Of a stretch of DNA of 64,000 bases, positions 34,701 to 49,501 are shown one piece after another. How positions within the stretch are numbered: position 1 is the first letter of the stretch; each line of letters begins with the position of its first letter. Origin of the DNA: Macrostomum lignano (lineage: Eukaryota). Both the position numbers and the translations under genes were made by a program. The DNA is taken from contig NIVC01000875.1 of assembly GCA_002269645.1 (NCBI GenBank), positions 357,539 to 421,538 of the forward strand, read 5' to 3'. A model generated the notes under the pieces. The model had not been told where the DNA came from. It was given only the letters and a program-made list of their open reading frames with translations, and ran no database searches.

Positions 34701-37700
34701 TTTTCGAATAGCCAGTCTGCGTCTTCGGATTGCCAGTTTGCGTCGTCGGATTGCGAGTCTGCGTCTTCGGATTGCAGCACGTCTCTTTGCAGCGCGTCTC
34801 TTTGCTGCGCGTCTCTTGGCAGCGCGTCTGCGTCTTCGGATTGCCAGTTTGCGTCGTTGGATTGCGAGTCTGCGTCTTCGGATTGCAGCGCGTCTCTTGG
34901 CAGCGCGCCTACGTCTTCGGATTGCCAGTTTGCGTTGTCGGATTGCGAGTCTGCGTTTTCGAATAGCCAGTCTGCGTCGTCGGATTGCGAGTCTGCGTCT
35001 TCGGATTGCAGCGCGTCTCTTTGCTGCGCTTCTCTTGGCAGCGCGTCTGCGTCTTCGGATTGCAAGACGTCTCTTTACTGCGCGTCTCTTTGCTGCGCGT
35101 CTCTTGGCAGCGCGTCTCTTTGCCGCGCGTCTTCGTCTTCGGATTGCCAGTTTACGTCTTCGGATTGCCAGTTTGCGTCTTCGGATTGCGAGTCTGCGTC
35201 TTCGGATTGCAGGACGTCCCTTTGCCGCGCGTCTCTTTGCTGCTCGTCTCTTGGCAGCGCGTCTGCGTCTTCGGATTGCCAGTCTGCGTCTTCGGATTGC
35301 AGCGCGTCTCTTCGCTGCGCGTCTCTTGGCAGCGCGTCTGCGTCTTCGGATTGCGAGTCTGCGTCTTCGGATTGCAGGACGTCCCTTTGCCGCGCGTCTC
35401 TTTGCTGCTCGTCTCTTGGCAGCGCGTCTGCGTCTTCGGATTGCCAGTCTGCGTCTTCGGATTGCAGCGCGTCTCTTCGCTGCGCGTCTTTTGGCAGCGC
35501 GTCTGCGTCTTCGGATTGCGAGTCTGCGTCTTCGGATTGCAGGACGTCCCTTTGCCGCGCGTCTCTTTGCTGCTCGTCTCTTGGCAGCGCGTCTGCGTCT
35601 TCGGATTGCCAGTCTGCGTCTTCGGATTGCAGCGCGTCTCTTCGCTGCGCGTCTCTTGGCAGCGCGTCTGCGTCTTCGGATTGCGAGTCTGCGTCTTCGG
35701 ATTGCAGGACGTCCCTTTGCCGCGCGTCTCTTTGCTGCTCGTCTCTTGGCAGCGCGTCTGCGTCTTCGGATTGCCAGTCTGCGTCTTCGGATTGCAGCGC
35801 GTCTCTTCGCTGCGCGTCTCTTGGCAGCGCGTCTGCGTCTTCGGATTGCGAGTCTGCGTCTTCGGATTGCAGGACGTCCCTTTGCCGCGCGTCTCTTTGC
35901 TGCTCGTCTCTTGGCAGCGCGTCTGCGTCTTCGGATTGCCAGTCTGCGTCTTCGGATTGCAGCGCGTCTCTTCGCTGCGCGTCTCTTGGCAGCGCGTCTG
36001 CGTCTTCGGATTGCAGCGCGTCTCTTCGCTGCGCGTCTCTTGGCAGCGCGTCTGCGTCTTCGGATTGCAGCGCGTCTCTTCGCTGCGCGTCTCTTCGCAG
36101 CGCGTCTGCGTCTTCGGATTGCCAGTCTGCGTCGTCGGATTGCAGCGCGTTTCTTTGCCGCGGGTCTGCGTCTTCGGATTGCAGCGCGTCTCTTGGCAGC
36201 GCGCTTACGTCGTCGGATTGCGAGTCTGCGTCTTCGGATCGCCAGTCTACGTTTTCGGATTGCTGCGCGTCTCTTTGCCGCGCGTCTACGTCTTTGGATA
36301 TCCAGTCTGCGTCTTCGGATTGCAGCGCGTCTCTTTGCTGCTCGTCTGCGTCGTCGGATTGCGAGTCTGCTTCTTCTCTGGCGTCTTCTGCTCTTTTTTG
36401 AGGTCTGTCTCTGTCTCCTGTTCTTTTTCGGTGCCTTTCTCTGGCGTCTTTTGTTTCTTCTCGCAATCCTCCTGCGTCTCGTCGCGGCCTTTCTCTGGCG
36501 TCTTTTTGCCGCTCTTCGTCGCATTTGTCGCCGCTTTATAAGCAGTCTCTTTAGCTTCTGGATCTCTTTTCCCGACTTTAAAGGTTTGTTATTGCGACGT
36601 TTGATTAGCAACCGAACACTGCGCCTCACGATTTCGTTCTGCAATTTCTTCTCCTTGGCGCACTGGGCTTCTCTTCGCCTTGCTCTTAGGCGCCTTCGTT
36701 TCAGAGCCGCCGTAATCCAAACCAGCCGTCGTCGCAGGCTTTCGGTGTTCAGCTGCAGCTGCCGGGTGAAGCTTCGGGCCCGTCTTCGCTTAATAACGCA
36801 AGCTTTGTGCCTTGCAGTGGCCAAGTTGAGCTGGGCAGTGAAACTCTTTACCTTAGCCAGGTGTTGCTTGCCAAGGCGTGCGACAGTGCTGCGGTATCTG
36901 GCGTCCACGGCGGCGCGAACCGCTTTCAGCTTGGCGTCAGTCATCTGGCATGAGTGCCTGACCAGCATGTACTTGTAGGTGCCGGGGCAAGGATCACCAA
37001 ACACGGAATTGCTGGACTGCAATTTGCAAGACTGTTTGCCGTCACAGGCGGCTCGTACCTTGACAACCGCATTTCGAGCCTGGCACTTGATGGTGCGGAT
37101 TTGCGGATGAGGACAGCTGGCGGCGTCCTTTCGACCGTAGAAGACGCTGAGCAGCTTAATAACGTAGCCAGCTGGGCAGGTGATGCTCTGGACGTGATTC
37201 TCGCAAGTTCGAGTCTCGGGTTTGGCTGAGGGAGGCGTTTGATGGTTGGAACATTTAATTTCGGAAACTATTTTTCCGGTACTGACTTTTGTCAGGACTC
37301 ATGGGTGTGAAATGCATGGCAGCTCTCAGAAAATCAGTATTTTAACATCCTGTGAACTCACTGACAATCCGCTTTCCAGCAACGCCAGCCAGCTCCGAAG
37401 TCTTGGCTCGCTGCGCATTTGCCAACGCAGTCTTATGCCTTTGCTGCTCCTGGGCCAGCGCCTGTTTCAGTGCTCTGCTCTGGCCACCCTGACAAGACAC
37501 TGAAATTCATGGGATAGCAACGAATCTTAAAGCGGAGATGCTAATAGAAGCGCATATTTAATTTCGTTCAATCTACAAGCGTAAAAGGCTAACGGCGACC
37601 CAATTTTTCTAACTAAATCTCCATGAACTATACTAATAGTACGCTCGTAATAGTAATTGATCACCCCTGCCCTAACAGGAAGATGTGCAATCGACAGCTC

Positions 37701-39963
37701 AGTCGCAGCTATTGCCCGGCGCATCTGAAGGCTGCGTACGGCTGTTCAGTCCAAGGACTGGGGGTCGCCACACACACACCTTCAATTACCTCAGCTAATG
37801 CTGGCACCCATTTTACAGCTGGGTGAACTGAAGCAATGCAGAGTTAATTGTCTTGCTCAAGGACACAGATTGTTCCAATTGGGATCGGGGATCGAACTCT
37901 CAACCTTTCAGTCGTGAGTCCGATGCTCTAACCACTAGACTAGAACCCTTTCGGCTACAACCCCTCCATAAACTAGAATAGCCGAATACCACCCACGCAA
38001 GGGACCGATATGACCCTAAGCTAAGATTTTGACTGTGATTTTGAACGCTTCAATTTAGAATCTTATTGGCTTGCTTACTGCCTCCGATGCACCGCTTATA
38101 TCGCCTCTTCTCAGTGACAATCTTGGCCTTCAGTCCGATCTTCTTCCCTCTGAATTGGGCCATAAGCTGGCGCTTGCTAGAGCGGTACCTTCTCCTGACA
38201 GCCTTGAGTCGGTTTCGAACCTGTCCGGGTCTCTGCACGCATCTGTAGCTGATCTGCAGGTACTTGAAGGTGCCGGGGCAGGGGTCGCCGAAGATAGAAT
38301 TTCTGGCGGGCACCTGACAGGACTGGCGGCCTCGGCAGCGGGACTTGGCGATGGCCAGCGCTTTCTTAGCTGCACAGTTCGTGCGGGCGGACAGGCGGCC
38401 TCGGGGGCAGAACTTGGTGGACTGGCGGCCATACATCGCCTGCTGGATGCTCACGGTGTAGCCCTTGGGACAGGCGAAGGTTCCGACGCTGTGCTCGCAG
38501 GTGCGGCGCAGAGGCATCTCTGGGGAGGCGAGATTGGGCAAGTAAATGACTGGTACCGTGGCGTCATACTCTGACAGAGTGATGGCTCATTTGAGTCATG
38601 GATTCATGGTCAATCTGGTCATAGAATCATAGCTTAAAATGGTCATAAAATCATAAATCAGAATGGCCATAAAAACATAGCTCACAATGGTCATAAAACC
38701 AATAGCTCACAAGAGTCATAAAACCACAGCTCACACTGGTCATAGAACCACAGCTCACACTGGTCATATAACCACAGCTCACACTGGTCATAGAACCACA
38801 GCTCACACTGTTCATAGAACCACAGCTCACAATGGTCGTAGAGCCATCACTAACTTAAGCCAAAAATCGCGTCTGCTAGGTCTGAGTCGTCATACAAAAG
38901 ATGGATTCATAGCTCAGAACCCCCGTAGTCATGCAACATGCAAAAAAGCTCACGTTTCTTCTGCTGCTGGCGGATCGCCTTAGCGGCCTTAGTGAAGGCA
39001 GTGCGCGCATTTCTAATGCCTCGCTTCAGTTGCTTCTTGGCCAGTTGAAGCTTCTTGATCAACAGCTGGGCCTTGGCCTTGCTGCAGCTGCCTGCAGGTG
39101 CGAGGCGGCGGTATTGAAGGTTAAAAGAAATTGAAATTAGAAAACTGCAGAAAAATCAAGAAGCAGGATCCAGGTACGTTAGCATGAGAGTCGGACGTGA
39201 TACCGCAGGGAGTTGCCCATTACGAGCTTACCTGGCGGTCGCACTGGCCAGCCAATGATCTGCACCTCGCACAGGGTCAGAATGGTGCCGCCAGTGTTGA
39301 CGATGCGCACCACGCGGCCGTTCATGTTGCAGGCGAGCTTCTTGACGTCGAACGGCTTGGCGGATTTGTGCACCGCGCAGACCCGACCGTCAACCTGGAC
39401 GGTGAAACTGTTCAGCCGTTCGGCGCAGCAGTCGCCACGGTTGAAGATGCGGATTGCCTTCACCCGGGAGACATTCTTGAGGGTGGCCTGCCACCAGGGC
39501 CGCGGCTGCTGCTTGGTGTGGGTGCACGAATTGCGGCCGTAGTTCCTCGCCGTATTTCCGTCCAGAGCGCGGCCGCATTGACCGTTGAAGGCGACGGAGC
39601 TTTGAGTGCAGTTGAGCGTCTCGAGTATGCGACCTGTCAGTGGCGTAGCGGGATCATTCTGGAGCAGGCTGGCCTCAACCAGAACAGATTACTCTAGAAC
39701 CTAAACTAATGCACTCAGCCAAAGCAGATCACTCTAGAACCTAAACTAATGCACTCAGCCAAAGCAGATCACTCTAGAACCTAAACTAATGCACTCAACC
39801 GAAGCAGATCACTCTAAACCAAGCTATCTACCGATCTAACCATCTACCGGAGCAGGTCACTCAGAGAGGATCATCACAATGACTCACCAAGCGCAGCCTC
39901 AGAGCACAGGGCGATCACAGCCAGCCACAGGAGGCCGCCAGAAGCCCTATTGAAGAGTCCCAT
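22712..39963 (-). CDS. Giant secreted multi-lectin polycationic protein: signal peptide - F-type lectin - SUEL - SUEL - ~4,200-aa Arg/Ala/Lys repeat region - basic C-terminus (~5,170 aa if the 1-nt deletion near 30546 is restored)
   Basis: Exons 39963-39888 (MGLFNRASGGLLWLAVIALCSEAAL), 39633-39232, 39091-38954, 38570-38079, 37225-23379 and 23274-22712. All introns are GT-AG and phase 1. Total 15,518 nt + 1 = 5,173 codons including the stop. Confidence 0.88.
23650..36370 (-). repeat. Coding tandem-repeat region: AAKRR pentapeptide and AIRRR(R/K)L heptapeptide units with higher-order duplications
   Basis: 15-nt and 21-nt units, no Asp/Glu in the sense frame, and higher-order periods of 165, 429/477/906, 1815 and 2340 nt. 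Confidence 0.95.
36955..37225 (-). other. SUEL / rhamnose-binding (Gal_lectin) domain 2
   Basis: TCENHVQSITCPAGYVIKLLSVFYGRKDAASCP...CDGKQSCKLQSSNSVFGDPCPGTYKYMLVRHSC has 8 Cys plus the YGR, DPC and KY motifs. Confidence 0.92.
37675..37948 (-). mobile_element. tRNA-derived SINE with CORE-like central domain (copy 1, in intron 4 of the lectin gene)
   Basis: Reverse complement has A-box TAGTGGTTAGAG, B-box GTTCGATCC, then GTGTCCTTGAGCAAGACAATTAAC...CAGCTGTAAAATGGG resembling the MIR/CORE domain. Clearly homologous to 58196-58465. Confidence 0.8.
38240..38505 (-). other. SUEL / rhamnose-binding (Gal_lectin) domain 1
   Basis: TCEHSVGTFACPKGYTVSIQQAMYGRQSTKFCP...CRGRQSCQVPARNSIFGDPCPGTFKYLQISYRC. 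Confidence 0.93.
38690..38860. repeat. 24-bp tandem repeat (ccacagctcacactggtcatagaa) in lectin-gene intron 3
   Basis: About 6 units, degenerate upstream. Confidence 0.85.
39232..39633 (-). other. F-type lectin (fucolectin / FTP) domain exon
   Basis: QSSVAFNGQCGRALDGN...SCTHTKQQPRPWW...IFNRGDCCAERL...LTLCEVQIIG. The fucose-binding signature H-x26-R-x-D-x4-R counts out exactly. Confidence 0.95.
39691..39820. repeat. 40-bp tandem repeat x3 in lectin-gene intron 1
   Basis: actcta recurs at 39691, 39731, 39771 and 39811. Confidence 0.9.
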
Positions 39964-40799
39964 GTCTTCAGTTCAACCAGTGTCGGACAAGCCACTGGTT
40001 CGGACGAGTGTCGCACAAGTTTTCTTCAGTTAGAGTAGCGCTGAGATTGAAACTCAGAAACTGAGTTTGCAGAGCTGATCTTGGCCCTCGGATTGCCGCA
40101 AACTGGCGCAGTTTTTATCTAGAATAAAATTCGCTGACGCAGCAACCGCTCAACAACCATTGAGCTCTCGTTGAAAGTGTCGGATTTCGCCCCCGGCGTT
40201 CCATCGCGCCTTTCTCAATCTGCAGTTTGGCATTTTAGTCAAAGACAGCTGCCGTTGCTGCATAGAGTGCAGCTACTTTCAGCTGAAACCTGAGCCATTT
40301 TTTTCATTTTTCAGTTCTTTCGGCATCCGAACTTCAAGAGCGCAACAGAAGTTACTTTTTGCGGCACCAGGTGCAAAAGTTTCAAAAATTGAAGCCCTCA
40401 AGTGCACAGTGAAAATTAAGCTGGGATCAAATTTTCTGACAAAAAATAAGAAGATTAAATTTCTTCAAAAACGAGTGTTTGAGAACTTTTTGTTGACGCA
40501 AGCAGATTTTTCAATTTTTCGCCTTTTGCGTCCCCCGGGCGAAATTCAAGTCGATGTTGCGGCCCAAGAAGAACCTCGACTGACTTTTGCTCTCCCCAAC
40601 CAGATTTTGTCGGTAAAAATTTAGGATTTTCGCGACCCAATTATAACAAAAACTTGGTCTAAACAACGATCGTATGAAAGAGATGACTAAGATGTCCTTA
40701 TATTTTGCAGTGCAGATAGTTATGAGCATATGTGACTCACCTGACTGGTTAGCTGCTTAATTATTGATTGAAAGGTAGCAAAATTAGCATGGAACAACC

Positions 40800-45648
<4,849 letters not shown>

Positions 45649-46346
45649 ACAGTCCATATAAGCGTCTGAAGCTCGTGCAAAACAATTTTAAGCATAAGGA
45701 CACGGGTTTTCATTGTATTAGCGCGATAGTAACATTGCCCAGTTCTTTAGCACTAAATTAAACATGACTCGACTAATACACTTTCGAGTTAAGAATAAAA
45801 CAACTGTATGTGTTTCGCCTAATAAAGTCAAAGAAGTATTGTTGGAGTTAAGGAATAGTTGACTGCAGGAGACAGGAAACATGTACGCTGTGTCAGTATA
45901 CACGTAGGACGTAGCGTTGGATTTCACCATAGACTGAATCCGTCGAAATGCGCTATGATATAGACAGGAACTGAAGAGAATCAACTTTAGACATTCCGGC
46001 AAGTTTTGCAATGAAGTCAGTGAGTGTATAGTTCGTCTATTTGAGTTTTTTAATACAATGCGTTTGAAAAAAAAAATTGTGTGTTAGCAGATAAAAGAAA
46101 ATACGAGCTAAATTATATAACTCGCTTCACATCTCATTTCCACAAAAATTTCTCATGAAGACTTGTTGATATTTGTTATCTGCAAAGCTAATAAAGTGAA
46201 AATGATGGTAAGAATCGAGAGTACTAAACTGTGCGTTACGGGTTAGAATACAGAGTCAGACCATTTTGACAAAAACATTTCGTTGTCATTAGTTGTGTCG
46301 ATGTATCAGAGGCGAGACTCAGTAAGCCATACACAGCATCCGGAAT

Positions 46347-48124
46347 CTACTTCCTCGCTGCGTTCATCGCTCGTGCACGTCGCAGATGCATCTCCTCGTC
46401 GGGAGCCACCAGACTGTGCCAGCAGCACTTCGACACCGCCTGCTGCTGCTGCTGCGCCTTCGACTCGGTGATGCTCAGCCAGTGTTCCCGAGCTAGTCGG
46501 AAGCGCCGATCGCTCTCGCCACTCGCTCCGTCATCATCGGCTGAAAGCTCAACCGAGCCGACCGCTTGCTTACTGCGCAGGAAGTCGCTGACGTGCACCA
46601 GGCTGAACCGGAGGGCGCAGTGCCGAAGTCGATCAGCTGGCATGGCTGGGAAGCTGAACTCCTCGTTAAAGTAGGGGTTGCGGCTCTTATCCACAGTGTC
46701 GCTCCGTTTGACGTGGATCGGTCCGTTCGGCTCCATCAGCATCAGCTCAACGTAGGTGTTGGGCAGGTTGTGCTTGTCCAACTGTCCGTCGGACTGTTTC
46801 AGGTGAACACCTGTAGGTTTATTCAGCAATTTAATAAACTTTCTGCTGCATAGAATGACTCAGGCTACTTAATTAGGTCACATTGCCTAAACAGGGTAAA
46901 AGCTACATTCTGCAAAGCTCCTATCGCAGCTATAGGGGATTAGGGTCGCAATTTAGTCTAGAAAATGGGAGTTTAGAGTGTTCAGGCTCGAGTTGTCTCT
47001 GGCTTAAAGTTTCTACTCCATATACTTTCTGGGCCAGTGCCAAAGTTCTTCACACCTTTGCACTCGATAACTCGTACCATCAGCGGCGCTTCATCAGCGC
47101 CGCCCCGACGCAGCAGCACGCAGATTTCGCCTGGGCCGCAGTCTGCCGCCAAGCCGCGCTTCAGCCTGCGGCGGAACACGTGCTTCTCATCCGTCGCAGT
47201 GTTGAGCAGCAGGTCGTCGATCTCATTTCCGTAGCGCCGATCCTCCAGATTGTGCCGGCACCGGGCCAGGAGCGCCGGCTCCTTGGACACTTCGTCGCGG
47301 TAGTAAACTTCGAACTTCACCGCGGCCTTGGTGAGGTCGGCCTTGGCCAGCTTGAAGCTGCAGGGATAGTTGAACTCCGGACTGGTTGTGCCTCGCTCCA
47401 CAGGCGTGGCGATTGCCTCCGTCTCGCTCAGGGCAGCGCCGGCCCCGTCCTTGCTCACAATCCGGACCAGAATATAAGGGTTGAGCGTGCCCGATATGTT
47501 TCTAGGCAGATCTGTGCAGCCTTTCACAAGCACGGTGAGTTCTTCAGTATCCTGGTTGTAGGTCATCAGGTACCGGATGACACCGTAGGGCGAGGGGCAG
47601 TCAGCGATGGCGGCCTCCTGGCAGAGTGAGCCGCCGTCGGACGAGCCGTCTCCCAAATCGGCCTTGCCACCGGATGAAAATCCTTTCCGACATGGGCAGT
47701 CGACGCTGTTGCACAGCGGCGTGCAGACGATGCACAGAAGCACCAGGACGACAAGCGACACGCATCCGGCGGAGATGCTGGCGATGAAGAATGGCTTGGA
47801 AATCCACCAGTACTTCGGTTTCGATGTAGTCTTGCCCCGTGATTTCGTTTCAATTGGCGACGCACTGCCGATGGCTGATTCCGTAGATCCGTTGATGCGG
47901 CTTGTCGACGATGATTTCAAAGCACTGGTAACGATGCTCTTCAGCTGGAGCAGTTGCTCTCGCTGCTTCCCGGTGGCATGGTGCTTGACGGGAGTCGGGA
48001 CAGGAGTTGAGTACTCCAGCTCACATGTCACCGGTTGCGCGATATGAACGATGAAGAAAATCAAAAGAAATAGTTTAAATCTGTTGAAAACTCTAACAGA
48101 GTTTGTCAAAGGTGGCTTCACCAT
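46347..48124 (-). CDS. Synaptotagmin-like membrane protein (hydrophobic N-terminus, TM helix, tandem C2A-C2B), ~520 aa
   Basis: Exons 48124-47026 and 46810-46347 (phase 1, GTATAT...ctacag). TM segment FFIASISAGCVSLVVLVLLCIVC followed by a Cys cluster. C2A: GVIRYLMTYNQDTEELTVLV...LNPYILV...SPEFN. C2B: GEICVLL...NTYVEL...RNPYFNEEFSF...VGSVEL...WHSL. Confidence 0.82.
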
Positions 48125-49501
48125 CTTCTAATCCGAGTCTTGACAGCAGAATCTCTTTCACTGCTTTGAGAGTTTACGCATTTATGGCAAAGATTTCCTT
48201 ACCTTGACCCATTCAATATCAGCTAAAATTGGACTGCCTAAAGGTAGGTGCTTGAATGAAGCGAAGAATCTAAATAATATAGACTTTATTGTGCTCTGGC
48301 CCAGATGCAGAAAGTTTTTATGGTATAAATCTCAAACCTCTTCTCTTATTGTCCAGTCCACCTAATTTGCCTATCTTGAGTGTCTCAGACCTCGACTGGG
48401 CCTGGCTGGCAGCGCAGCGACAAAAGAAGCACGTTAAAGCAGAGCAATGTGCAGAGCTGCTCAACTTTTCCGGCCCACTCCCCCTTATTTACATTTACGC
48501 CCCACTGCGCCTGCATACCTGCAATTGTTGCTAGTTTGAAGCAACCTCGTTAATCTAAGCATGCTGCTTGTTGCTTTGCCGACAACTTAAAAAACGAATA
48601 TTTTACTACTAGTAGCGGAAATAAAATACATTTTCATTGTCTTTTGGGATCGTGGGAAAGAATCACTGTAAAACGATGGTTTCGCAGGGAAGTGACTTCG
48701 AATGAATTCAATATTGCTGAGTATATGGCTGCCTATCCTTAACTCTTCTTAACTGTCGTGCGATTTACACCCATAAAGACACCCTACAGCCATCCTCGAA
48801 CATGATTACTAGCCTAAAGCTTCTGTCCTTACGTTCGTGGAGTCGTGGATTCGTGTGGATTCTTGTGGAGAACGTGTGAATTCTACCTCCGTCAGGACAG
48901 CCTACCTGATCTCTGAAATAATCTGCGGCGTTGCTTGCAGGGTTGCCCTTCACTCTATGAGAGCGGTCCTACAGTCTGAGGCGCTGCCAAACCAGAGGGC
49001 GCTGGTCCAGACCGTCTTGTTTTGCAACAACGATGAGATTTTGGCGCCGACGGACGTAGATCTTTGGGCATAGAAGTCACGGCAAGTCACACCGGGCTGG
49101 TCCATCTAATCGACCTTTTCAAGCTATATCAACTGCTTCTAGTCCTCCTAAAGTCTAAAATTTGAACTTCAATTCAAAGATAGACTCTCTTTCTATAGAA
49201 TTAAATTGTCTGCATCAGAAAATCAATTCCAATCCAGTCCTATCCAAGAATTAACCACATAAAGAGACAATCCGGTGTGGAGCATGTACATGTAGATAAA
49301 CACAGACTTCTTCAACACGACTACACTACTGCAGTTAAGTAGCAACATGAGATTGTTTATGACTGCGTGTTTCTCATACTAGGCATATACAATAGAGGCT
49401 ATAAAAGCTTGAGCAGTCAAAAGCCTCCGCTCTCAGCTCAACACCAGGCAATAGCAGTTCAATTTTTCCTCTCGAAAAAATCCGCTTGTTTCCAAACGAT
49501 A

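Noticed and set aside
23537-36978. Two >2,100-aa plus-strand ORFs (ARLFAARLRLRIASL...) and Ser/Cys-rich third-frame ORFs
   Set aside because: Antisense shadows of the low-complexity sense repeat. They break at the same indel and have no start context, splice links or unique domain, whereas the minus frame is continuous with the lectin domains.
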